32,000 nt of DNA from Candidatus Thorarchaeota archaeon (GCA_008080745.1 SHMX01000009.1:42381-74380); one strand, 5' to 3'. Numbered from the stretch's first letter, positions 1 through 8,998 are shown. The notes: generated by a model from the sequence alone, not told the origin. Numbers and translations: made by a program.

Positions 1-66
1 TCCTGGTCTAAAGATTCTCAAACCATTGAGTGTGATGAAGTAATATACAACGATTCTCGAGGTCGG

Positions 67-690
67 TTGGAGTTCGACATCATGTCGATTCTTCGCCGCC
101 CTCGCAATTTTCTTTCCCTCATGGGGCCACTTCTACTCTCTCATCATCCTTTCTGTTCCGAATTTGAAGAACACAGTCTGTGTATTAGAAATCGTTCTTG
201 GTGCATGGGATGCTTCCTGAATACAATCTTCTTCATTATCTGTTTTGGGGCTCTATTCATTTTCTGGATATTACAACCTGTTCTCTTTGACAGATTTTGG
301 ATGTTTTATGGTGGAATTGCAGGTATGATTTTATACATACTAATCGGGATATCCAGAATTGATGAAAAACGACGAGTTCGTATCGGTAAAAAATTCCTCT
401 TGGGGTTCTCGTTTGCCTGTGTTAGTATATCAATTTTGATCGCAGGTGGATCTATTGAGTACCTTCTTACTGAAAAAATGACCTTGATTTACATTTTATA
501 TCTCGGCTTCATAGTTTTTCTAAGTATAAAACGTGCTTTAGAGATATCAAATACTTGTGAAGCATGCGAGTTTAAAATGAGATGGAGTAGATGTCCGGGT
601 TTTCATGACATTATATGTTCGTTAATCACTCATGGGTATATTCAGCCAAGACCAGCTAATGTATCCGTAGTTTCAAAAGAGGGAATGTAA
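67..690 (+). CDS. Hypothetical integral membrane protein (about 4 TM) with Cys/His motifs at both ends
   Basis: 207-aa ORF with hydrophobic helices; N-terminal HHPFC..H..C..WCMGC and C-terminal CEAC..RWSRCPG motifs. Confidence 0.75.
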   Translation: MEFDIMSILRRPRNFLSLMGPLLLSHHPFCSEFEEHSLCIRNRSWCMGCFLNTIFFIICFGALFIFWILQPVLFDRFWMFYGGIAGMILYILIGISRIDEKRRVRIGKKFLLGFSFACVSISILIAGGSIEYLLTEKMTLIYILYLGFIVFLSIKRALEISNTCEACEFKMRWSRCPGFHDIICSLITHGYIQPRPANVSVVSKEGM

Positions 691-783
691 ACCAAGACGT
701 TTTTTGGTACATCTATCCTTTACTCCTTTCGACAAACTCATTTACCTTTCTGTATTTTATTTGAATATCTTGGTGATCGCAGG

Positions 784-1386
784 TTGAGTAAAATTGTCTT
801 TGAGACCCCGGTTATCCGAATTAGGGCAGAGAAGATTCGTTTTCCGAGGGTATGTCCTGTTTGCACTGCACCCGCAAGAAGCACAACTCGAGTTACAGCC
901 ACTCCAGGAAGAAAAGAATACATCTCACCATCATATCGATTAGGATTTACTCCCTCTGCAAAAAAGAGGCTAGGTATACAACCTCCCGAAAGTCGTACTT
1001 TTCTCGTTCCGGTCTGTTCAGACCATCAATATGAAGGTGGGAATGATTGGCGATTCCGTAGCCTTTGTATGTGTTTCAATGGTATACTGTTTTCAATAGT
1101 CTTCTTCTCAACGTTAATTTTTGGAAGTGACCTATCTATTGGACGTGGAATAAATTTGTGGTATTTCGGATTACTTGGTCTTTTTATCATCTCTCTTATT
1201 GGAAGTGTACTTGCTTTTCGTCCCCAACCTATTCAGGATGCAGTCCGGATTATGGGTTTTGATAGAGGCGCTCGATATGTATGGTTCCAATTCAAAAACC
1301 CCGAGTATCGTGAGAGATTCATTCAAGAAAATGCGATGGATGTCGAATTAGTAAAATGGATTGTAAAGGCACCTCCAAAGAGTTGA
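784..1386 (+). CDS. Hypothetical Zn-ribbon membrane protein (2 TM)
   Basis: 200-aa ORF; FPRVCPVC and VPVCSDH Cys/His pairs followed by two hydrophobic segments. Confidence 0.75.
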   Translation: MSKIVFETPVIRIRAEKIRFPRVCPVCTAPARSTTRVTATPGRKEYISPSYRLGFTPSAKKRLGIQPPESRTFLVPVCSDHQYEGGNDWRFRSLCMCFNGILFSIVFFSTLIFGSDLSIGRGINLWYFGLLGLFIISLIGSVLAFRPQPIQDAVRIMGFDRGARYVWFQFKNPEYRERFIQENAMDVELVKWIVKAPPKS

Positions 1387-1500
1387 ACAATCCGCGCGAT
1401 ACCCGCATTTTTTCATAAAAGATAATACTACAAACGAGGATATATTCTCCTGCCACCACTATCAAATGAGAGAATTGTATGATTTATGGAGTGACTCTGA

Positions 1501-1746
1501 ATGTTGAATAGTGGTCTAGAAGAAATCGAAGTTGTTGGCTTAGTATCTAAGATTAGGAACCAGTATGTTATAACAACTGATGAGGGGATTCAATACGAAC
1601 TTGCTGCAATTAAACCACAAGAGGCAGTAGCTCGTGATTATGATTTGGGTAGCTTTGCCCATTCTCTTGGAAAAAGAATGCTCGTCATTGGTATGACTGA
1701 CGGTGAAACTATCTGGGGTGCTAAATTAGAAGAACAGGCCAGCTAA
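1501..1746 (+). CDS. Small hypothetical protein (beta-rich, possibly OB-fold-like)
   Basis: 81-aa ATG ORF preceded by GGAGTGA RBS; followed by an A-tract. Confidence 0.7.
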   Translation: MLNSGLEEIEVVGLVSKIRNQYVITTDEGIQYELAAIKPQEAVARDYDLGSFAHSLGKRMLVIGMTDGETIWGAKLEEQAS

Positions 1747-1798
1747 AAAAATAGTGGAGTCTGATCTAGTACGCCCAGATCAGATTCGACAATCTATT

Positions 1799-2173
1799 TT
1801 ATAGTTCAAGCTTAGCTTCGTTCTTCCATAGGCCGTGAATATTACAGTATGATGTTGCCATAATGGTACCTGGTTTTTCAGTCTTGAATACAAATACTGC
1901 ATATGGCTCAGAATACATCTTGCTGGTGTCTGCACCTTGTGTTGACTCACCATGATGGTCAAAGGTGTGGTAGCCTATCTCAACAGGAAACTTCTCTCCC
2001 TCGGGTAGGAAGAATGCATCAGCCCATTTAATATGATGTGCGGTTGTATTGGGGTGTGGTATTTCTTTTCCTACTGAAATAGTAATGTGAAACAAATTAT
2101 CTCCTTTCTTCTCGATTTCAATAACGGGTACGTGTTTTTCATTTTTCCAATCATCTGTTTGAATCCAGCTCAT
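1799..2173 (-). CDS. sor: Superoxide reductase (neelaredoxin / class II SORL desulfoferrodoxin-like)
   Basis: EKHVP, HPNTTAHHIKW and SYCNIHGLW iron-site motifs. Confidence 0.92.
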   Translation of the reverse strand: MSWIQTDDWKNEKHVPVIEIEKKGDNLFHITISVGKEIPHPNTTAHHIKWADAFFLPEGEKFPVEIGYHTFDHHGESTQGADTSKMYSEPYAVFVFKTEKPGTIMATSYCNIHGLWKNEAKLEL

Positions 2174-2265
2174 CTCTCTTTCCTCTTTATTTCGACGATG
2201 GGCAAGTAATTAACTGCCCATCAAGAAATACTCAGCGTATGTTAAAATTCTTCGCTTGTCTGACT

Positions 2266-3762
2266 TTATTTTGATATTTCTTCTAAGTGTGAGAGAGTCC
2301 ATCTTCCTCTATCAGTCAAATCATAGTACTTTCGAACTCTCTTTTCATGAGATCTCATTTCTTTTGTTTCTACTATTAGTCCCCCTCTGGCTAACTCACT
2401 AAGATGCTGATATACACTAGGAATTCTAACTTGTATTCCATATTTCTCATCCAACTGCTTCCATATTTCGTATCCGTAATTCTCATTCTTGGTGAGAATT
2501 CGTAATATGCAAACCTTTGTTCTTCCCAATTTTGTTGTGTATTTTCGCCCCTCTAATCTACTCAGAAGATGTACCAAATCTTTCCGTCCCTTCACAAAAG
2601 ATTCTGCAATCTCTGGAGACTTAAGACCACTGCCTGTTATTATGCAGATTACCGTATCAGTAGGGTCAATAATACCCTGGTCTACAAGTTTTTTGAGGGC
2701 AGCTATAGTGGTTGCAGATGCAGGCTCAGCAAAAACGCCTTCAAGTTTAGCCAACCGCCTTACACTATCTAATATCTCACTGTCCATAACAGTGATTCCC
2801 CTCCCTTTGGATTCTCTAAGTGCACGTAATGCTTTACTGCCACATACCGGATTGGCAACACCAATATCCATTGCCAATTTTGGTTTGCCTGTCGAGGGCT
2901 TGACCTCCGTATCTCCCCTTCGATATGCGTCTACTATTGGTGAAATCCCTTTGACCTGCGTTCCGATGAGTCGAGGAAGATTCCCCTCAATAAGACCCAA
3001 TTCTTGGAACTCTATGAGGCCTTTCCATATCATTGAAAGATTTCCTCCACTTCCCATAGGTGTGAGTATCCAGTCTGGTAGTTTCCATTCCATTTGTTCA
3101 CAGATATCAAATATCATGGTCTTTGTTCCTTCTAGGAAGGGAGGATTGTTGGAAGTTATGGGATGATATGTTGGTTCTCGTTGCATGGCGAGTGAGATAG
3201 CTTCTTCTCTAGTCCTTACAATCTCAACATCTGCACCATAAGCAAGTATTTGGTAGAATTTACCTATGTCAACTCGTCCTCTTTGTGCCATGAATACCTT
3301 TGCATCAATTGCTGCTTTCGCTGCGTATGCTACTACAGAAGCTGCAAGATTTCCCGTTGAACCACAACAAATCTTGGTTCTATTGTTCTCTAAGGACACG
3401 GATACCTCAACACTACTTCCTCTATCCAAAAATGAACCTGTGGGATTTGTGGTTTCATTTTTCAAAAGAAGATTTCGAACACCTATTTCAGATGAGAGCA
3501 AATTGGCTGGATGCAGATAGGTATTGCCTTCTCCTAATGAGATGATATGTTTCTGATCCATTATGGGTAACAGCTCAGCATATTTCCAGACCCCACTAAC
3601 TCTTTTCTTCAATGCCTTTTTGTCAAGTTTCCCCTTTAGAATCTCAAGATCATATTCTATTTCGAGAATCTCTCCACATTTATTGCAGGTTCTTAGAGAT
3701 GATGTGCTTGGGTGTGTTCTTCCACACTTTGAACATGCAAGACCTCTTACAAAAGATGCCAT
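2266..3762 (-). CDS. Threonine-synthase-fold protein lacking the catalytic Lys, fused to a C-terminal PadR-type winged HTH
   Basis: N-terminal CxxC..CxxC ribbon; NPTGSFLDRG (canonical SFKDRG), STGNLAAS, EPASA and TGSGLK motifs; C-terminal NYGYEIW..SVYQHL..L...G..RKYYDLTDRG. ATG at 3762 follows a GGTGA RBS (ORF track start is 3771). Confidence 0.88.
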   Translation of the reverse strand: MASFVRGLACSKCGRTHPSTSSLRTCNKCGEILEIEYDLEILKGKLDKKALKKRVSGVWKYAELLPIMDQKHIISLGEGNTYLHPANLLSSEIGVRNLLLKNETTNPTGSFLDRGSSVEVSVSLENNRTKICCGSTGNLAASVVAYAAKAAIDAKVFMAQRGRVDIGKFYQILAYGADVEIVRTREEAISLAMQREPTYHPITSNNPPFLEGTKTMIFDICEQMEWKLPDWILTPMGSGGNLSMIWKGLIEFQELGLIEGNLPRLIGTQVKGISPIVDAYRRGDTEVKPSTGKPKLAMDIGVANPVCGSKALRALRESKGRGITVMDSEILDSVRRLAKLEGVFAEPASATTIAALKKLVDQGIIDPTDTVICIITGSGLKSPEIAESFVKGRKDLVHLLSRLEGRKYTTKLGRTKVCILRILTKNENYGYEIWKQLDEKYGIQVRIPSVYQHLSELARGGLIVETKEMRSHEKRVRKYYDLTDRGRWTLSHLEEISK

Positions 3763-3840
3763 CGTTCTCACCTATATATAGGCCTAGGGTTATATATTCC
3801 TAATCAATCGCAAGCTCGTCCAGTATTGGTGGTATTTCCT

Positions 3841-4428
3841 ATGGAAAAAATAAGTTCGAGCACAAAGAATTCAACAGTCTACATTGCCTTATTAGCAATA
3901 TTTACTGCCCTTACTGCGGTCATAACTGCAGTAGTTGCAATCCCTTTTCCTACAACATCCGGATATCTTAATATTGGAGATATGATGGTCATGTTGAGTG
4001 GAATGCTTCTCGGTCCTGTTGGTGGATTGATTGCTGGAGGAGTGGGTTCAGGCATGGCTGATGTTGCTTTGGGATATTTGCCCTTTGCCCCAATTACGCT
4101 GATAGTAAAGGGGTTTGAGGGTTTCATTGTTGGATTGTTTAGTCTAAAATCGAAAAAGGCACAAAACCTCACAAGAATGGATGCAATTGGAATCGTCCTA
4201 GCCGCAATAGCAATGCTCCTAGGATACTTTGTATTTGAGAGTATATTATTCGGGCCAGTTGCAGCTTGGGAGGAGTTAGTTAGTATCAACTGGATTCAAG
4301 TTACTGTTGGCGGAATATTTACAGGATTATTTGGTCCGAAGATTCGTTCATATTTGCATAATGCCTCAGTAACATTGGCAGAACCAGGCGAATATGAAGA
4401 GCTAGAACTTTCAGAAATCGACGCTTGA
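3841..4428 (+). CDS. ECF transporter S-component (vitamin-binding membrane subunit; substrate uncertain)
   Basis: GYLNIGD..LLGP.GG.IAGGVGSGMADV.LGY..FAPITLIVKG.EG signature; about 5-6 TM. Confidence 0.88.
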   Translation: MEKISSSTKNSTVYIALLAIFTALTAVITAVVAIPFPTTSGYLNIGDMMVMLSGMLLGPVGGLIAGGVGSGMADVALGYLPFAPITLIVKGFEGFIVGLFSLKSKKAQNLTRMDAIGIVLAAIAMLLGYFVFESILFGPVAAWEELVSINWIQVTVGGIFTGLFGPKIRSYLHNASVTLAEPGEYEELELSEIDA

Positions 4429-4585
4429 AAACTGAATCGTTTTAGATATCGGAATTTGCAGTTTTCAAGATACTTCTGGAATGAAGATAGAAAACGAATA
4501 TGTTCTTTCAGAATCGTTTTTTAATAATCAAGTATTGGACTATCTTGGCTTACTATCAGAGTCGAATTGATTGGAAGGTCTTGAA

Positions 4586-5863
4586 ATGGACAGAGAAAAG
4601 TTACGAATTGATGCCAAACAACTCGAAGCCATAAACGATTTTCTCCTGAATGAAGATAATCCTTTGATTACTGATTTATTGGAGGTAATTGAAAAGTATG
4701 GTGGTGTTGATGAAATTAATGGAAAAGCCGAGAAAGCAAGAAAGTTAGAGAATCTCCTAGCTATGTTAGAAGAGAAGGATTCTCCCTATTTAGAGGATCT
4801 TAGATGGCTTCAAGAACAACGTGACAATGGTGCTTTCATTAGTATTTCCGATTATAGACGAAATGTTCTGGGCGATAAAGCTGACTCGGTGGAATTTGAT
4901 GAAAGTTTTGCAGTCACCCTTGAGATTAGCGCCTGTCAATATTTCCCATGGCTCATTGAACAAGCTAAACAGGCAATTGAAAATCAAGAACTTATGCCTG
5001 CCCGCTTTATCCGCGTTAGAAAGATGAAGGAACAAACAGAAGATGATGATATTATTGCTTTTGCTGCTGCTATGCAGATTTTAGGAGCTTCATATGTCGA
5101 AACTTTGGATACAAAAGGTACGGCCCCTGGACCTGATGGGGCACCTGTGAACATTCACCTCGGTGGTCCTGAGACCATCACTGGTTATTTTGGTGGAGTT
5201 GGTATGCCAAATGATTTTGTCATCAGGTGGGCAGATGAATTCCTTCACTACTATACCACTTATGGTGTAAAACAGGTTTTGAATATCAACCCTGGTAGTG
5301 TCCTTATCGGGTATATGATGCACAAAATGGGCATCGATATAGAGTTCAAAATATCGGTCTATATGGGAAATGATAATCCTTATGCATGTCTGTGGACTCT
5401 ACTAACTGCCAAGTTATTCAGTCGTCCTGATGGAACCACATCTCTGATTGGTTTCAACCTATCTAACAGTGTTGACAATACCACTATTGAACTTGCATCC
5501 TTCATTCGGGGTGAGTTTGGTTTTGAAGATGTAGTACGACTAGAACATCATATCACTGAAACCTACAAGTCCATTGTCAGACAGCCATATGATAGGACCG
5601 AAGAACTCGTGGAGCTTGCGGATCATGTTAAGAACATAAGTGCCAAACACGAGGGTGGCATTCCTGAAATTGATGTCACACGTGAGCATCCAAGTGATAT
5701 TCTCGATTACTTCCGTGATAAGAGTGAAATTGTAGAGTCTGGTGATATGCCTAAGATGCTGCGAAACTATCTTGACAAGCATCATGCTCTCAATCGCACT
5801 GCAGAAGAGTTGACAAAGAAAGGTCTTACCTTTATCGCAGCTCCAAAGCTGCACAAGAAATAG
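4586..5863 (+). CDS. Conserved-looking hypothetical protein (about 425 aa, enzyme-like)
   Basis: Long ORF with dense Gly/His/Asp motifs (DTKGT, NIHLGGPETITGYFGG, KISVYMGNDN, EHHITE, AKHEGG); family not identified. Confidence 0.8.
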   Translation: MDREKLRIDAKQLEAINDFLLNEDNPLITDLLEVIEKYGGVDEINGKAEKARKLENLLAMLEEKDSPYLEDLRWLQEQRDNGAFISISDYRRNVLGDKADSVEFDESFAVTLEISACQYFPWLIEQAKQAIENQELMPARFIRVRKMKEQTEDDDIIAFAAAMQILGASYVETLDTKGTAPGPDGAPVNIHLGGPETITGYFGGVGMPNDFVIRWADEFLHYYTTYGVKQVLNINPGSVLIGYMMHKMGIDIEFKISVYMGNDNPYACLWTLLTAKLFSRPDGTTSLIGFNLSNSVDNTTIELASFIRGEFGFEDVVRLEHHITETYKSIVRQPYDRTEELVELADHVKNISAKHEGGIPEIDVTREHPSDILDYFRDKSEIVESGDMPKMLRNYLDKHHALNRTAEELTKKGLTFIAAPKLHKK

Positions 5864-5873
5864 TATTGGTTAG

Positions 5874-5897
5874 AAGTAAGGGCAAACGCCCTTACTT
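5874..5897. terminator. Perfect 10-bp hairpin between convergent genes
   Basis: AAGTAAGGGC-AAAC-GCCCTTACTT. Confidence 0.6.
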
Positions 5898-6367
5898 TAC
5901 ATATCTGGTTGGAATATATCATCATACATTTGTTGTAGACGATCTTTGTGTTTTTGTTCTTCCTCTGCCAATGTTTCAAAGATAGTTCTGTGTTCTGCTA
6001 CACTGGTCAATTCGGATAATGCTTTGTAGAAGTTATATGCTCCTTCTTCACGTTTGATTGCTACTACAAGGATATCTTGGGGCGAAGAGTCTGGTTTCAG
6101 TGGGACATCAACCAGATATTTTCCTAAATCCAATTTATCCAGCTCTTCTTCCGTCTTACACTCAAAGGTATCACAGACCCCCTCACTTAGGGCCTTCTCA
6201 AGCTTTTCTTTGTGAGTTACTTCTTGATGTGCTAAATCTTCAAGTAGTTTTGCAGATGAGGAGAGAGTCGCCTCTTCTGCGGCGTTTTTGTAGAATTCGT
6301 AAGCCTCTTCCTCCCTCTGAATTGCAAGGGAGATTAACCTCTCAAATGATTTCTGAACTTCTGTCAA
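5897..6367 (-). CDS. Rubrerythrin/ferritin-like di-iron protein
   Basis: Two repeats of AIxREExAYxFY...LAxxExxH. Confidence 0.9.
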   Translation of the reverse strand: MTEVQKSFERLISLAIQREEEAYEFYKNAAEEATLSSSAKLLEDLAHQEVTHKEKLEKALSEGVCDTFECKTEEELDKLDLGKYLVDVPLKPDSSPQDILVVAIKREEGAYNFYKALSELTSVAEHRTIFETLAEEEQKHKDRLQQMYDDIFQPDM

Positions 6368-6418
6368 TGGCTATAACCCATTGGCTTTTCGGCTAAGTCT
6401 GTTTTAAGGATGATGTTT

Positions 6419-7585
6419 CTAGGAGCTTAACATCGATACTATCTCGTTATGACCATTAATTTCTGCATAATTAATTGCTTGTTTTTCAGAATTGTCATAT
6501 AGTTCAGCTATTGCACCATTGTCCAGCAGAATTCTGACTATCTCAACATGACCTCTCTGTGCTGCAATCATAAGCGCTGTAGCTCCCGTATTCGATTGTC
6601 TGTTTACATCCACTCCTCGTTTGAGTAAAAAGATTACAAAATCTGTTAGCCCTCCTTCTGCAGCTGACATAAGAGTGGTGTATCCGTCGTTTCTTGTTAT
6701 GTGAATATTTGCACCATTTTCTAACAATGTGTCAACAATCTCTTGGTTACCACTTGAAGCGGCTGTCATGAGATTGGTCTGGCCCGAATTTAATTGTATA
6801 TTCACCTTTGCTCCATTCTCAATAAGAATTTGAACGATTTCTTTCTCTCCTTTTTGTGATGCTAGGGTGAGTGCTGTCCATCCTGTTCCATATTGTGTGT
6901 TAACTTCAGCTCCTGCTTCAATGATGACTCGAACTATTTCAGGTTCCTTTTTCTCAACTGCAATTACCAAGAGGCTGTATCCATTCTGATCCTTCCAATT
7001 TGGGTCTGCATCGTATTCTAAGAGTGTTTTCACCACTTCGTTATTTCTGGATTCTACTGCATATCTCAGAGCATTCCAGCCATCTGGTTGTTCACGCTTA
7101 ATTTCCACTTCATGTACTTCTACAAGCTCACGAACTAGCTCGACCACGCCTCCCTGTGCAGCTGCCATCAATACGGTGTACCCATCATTTCTCACATATT
7201 TTGGATCTGCACCCCTCTTAATTAGAATCTGTGCAATTTCGAGGTTTCCTTTTGCTGCTGCAAGTTGGAGTATTGATTGGCCGTTGTTTGTTTGACCCGT
7301 AACATCTGCTCCCTCCTGAATTAAAAATCTAGCAATATCTTGATGCCCCTCATGGATAGCAACCATCAGAGGACTCCAGCCGGTTTCATCCTTGTCATCT
7401 AAATTTGCTCCTGCAACTATCAGTTTCTTGACAATTTGTAGCGATCCTTGTGTGGCAGCATAAAGAATAGCTGCCCGTCCCATATGGTCTCGAAAATTGG
7501 GATTTGCTCCATTGTTTAGCATCTCTTGAACGTCGTCTTGGTTTCCAGCAATCACTGCATTGATGAGAAGTGTAGAGTCAATCAT
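6419..7585 (-). CDS. Ankyrin repeat protein (about 12 repeats)
   Basis: Repeated G.T.L..AA..G..EIV..LL..GA..N units every 33 aa; ATG at 7585 follows a GGAGAGG RBS (ORF track start is 7633). Confidence 0.93.
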   Translation of the reverse strand: MIDSTLLINAVIAGNQDDVQEMLNNGANPNFRDHMGRAAILYAATQGSLQIVKKLIVAGANLDDKDETGWSPLMVAIHEGHQDIARFLIQEGADVTGQTNNGQSILQLAAAKGNLEIAQILIKRGADPKYVRNDGYTVLMAAAQGGVVELVRELVEVHEVEIKREQPDGWNALRYAVESRNNEVVKTLLEYDADPNWKDQNGYSLLVIAVEKKEPEIVRVIIEAGAEVNTQYGTGWTALTLASQKGEKEIVQILIENGAKVNIQLNSGQTNLMTAASSGNQEIVDTLLENGANIHITRNDGYTTLMSAAEGGLTDFVIFLLKRGVDVNRQSNTGATALMIAAQRGHVEIVRILLDNGAIAELYDNSEKQAINYAEINGHNEIVSMLSS

Positions 7586-7675
7586 TCTGACCTCTCCTTT
7601 GTAAAGAATGGAATATTTTTGAGTAGAAGCCAACCTTTTTGATGTCTATGTTATGGACCTTGAAGTGGGATTAAC

Positions 7676-8131
7676 ATGGAAACGGCAAATGGGAACACAT
7701 TGAACTGTGCTGAAAGTGTTATTGTAAGAGTCGATAGGAATTATCCTCTATCGGCACTCAATGACTCTGTTATGCGAATCGCCTCAATGTGTGGAGGTGG
7801 AATATGTGGAAGTGGCCAAATCTGTGGTGCTGCCAATGGGGCAACGATTTGTTTAGGTTTGGCTCTAGGCACCGATGGCACGGAGGAATCGGACTTGTTC
7901 AAAGAACGTAGGGCCTTTGCAAGAAATATCGGAAATCAGTTTCTTCAGGAGTTTGTCGAGGCATGGGGTACTACTGATTGTCGGCATCTCAAAGCTATGG
8001 ATAGTGGGGCGATGAATCCTGCAGGAACATTACGGATACAACAAGAACCTGTCAGGGATCGGTGTGACGAGTACGTCCAATGGTCTGCGGAAAAGATAGT
8101 GGAAATTCTTTCCAAGATTAAAGAAGAATAA
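7676..8131 (+). CDS. C-GCAxxG-C-C family putative redox/Fe-S protein
   Basis: NCAES, GGGICGSGQICGAANGA, TTDC and final RC motifs. Confidence 0.85.
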   Translation: METANGNTLNCAESVIVRVDRNYPLSALNDSVMRIASMCGGGICGSGQICGAANGATICLGLALGTDGTEESDLFKERRAFARNIGNQFLQEFVEAWGTTDCRHLKAMDSGAMNPAGTLRIQQEPVRDRCDEYVQWSAEKIVEILSKIKEE

Positions 8132-8215
8132 AGACACAATTCTCCCTTAATAATCGAAGTTTGCCCCATTCAAAGTCTTTTATAATTAACAATAATTAAT
8201 ACGGGGTGGGGACAT

Positions 8216-8995
8216 ATGTACATGACACCACTACTCGAAATCCAAGATCTCAAAGTTAGTATTGATGGGTCTCAAATTCTAAATGGGGTAAGCCTTCAAT
8301 TCGAAGCTGGCAAGGTATATGCTGTCCTTGGACCCAATGCCTCAGGAAAATCAACTTTGGCAAAGGCCATAATGGGACTTCCCGAGTTCAATATTACTAG
8401 TGGAGATATTCTTTACAATGGCGAGTCCATTCTTGACGATAATATTACTGAGCGAGCTAACATGGGTATTGCATACGCATTTCAAATCCCTCCTGCTATT
8501 CCCGGGGTAAGATTTGATGACTTTATTTGTCGAATATGTCCAGAATACCAGTGCAAAGAACCCGAGGGGCATTTTATGGGGAAAGCGTGCTCTTGTAGAA
8601 TGGAATTATACGATGATTTTGAACGATTGGGAATTTCTAATCTAGCATACCGTGATCTAAATGAAGGTTTTTCTGGAGGCGAACAAAAAAGATCTGAGTT
8701 GTTTCAGGTACTAGCTATGCAACCCCAAATCATGTTTCTGGATGAGCCCGACAGTGGGTTAGATTATGACTCACTGAAACTGGTTGGTCGTGAATTGAAA
8801 TCCATTCGTGAAAAGGGAACCACCACCATGGTTGTGATTAGCCATCACCGATACATACTTGAGTTCCTAGAAGTTGATGTAGTCTATATTTTGCAGGGTG
8901 GTAGATTGGTTTATACTGGTGACATGGAGGATATTCCCGTATTGGCTGAGAAGGGCTATGAACGATTTCTCTCCGAAATGAAGGAGGCTGCATAG
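8216..8995 (+). CDS. sufC: Fe-S cluster assembly ABC ATPase SufC (SmsC-type)
   Basis: Walker A GPNASGKS, AYAFQIPP Q-loop, GFSGGEQKR signature, FLDEPDSGLD Walker B; adjacent to sufB-like gene. Confidence 0.92.
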   Translation: MYMTPLLEIQDLKVSIDGSQILNGVSLQFEAGKVYAVLGPNASGKSTLAKAIMGLPEFNITSGDILYNGESILDDNITERANMGIAYAFQIPPAIPGVRFDDFICRICPEYQCKEPEGHFMGKACSCRMELYDDFERLGISNLAYRDLNEGFSGGEQKRSELFQVLAMQPQIMFLDEPDSGLDYDSLKLVGRELKSIREKGTTTMVVISHHRYILEFLEVDVVYILQGGRLVYTGDMEDIPVLAEKGYERFLSEMKEAA

Positions 8996-8998
8996 AGG

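Noticed and set aside
2489-3166. 225-aa plus-strand ORF and other long antisense ORFs (e.g. 3879-4289, 11864-12268, 17368-17775)
   Set aside because: They are shadows of well-supported genes on the opposite strand, with no motifs or RBS.
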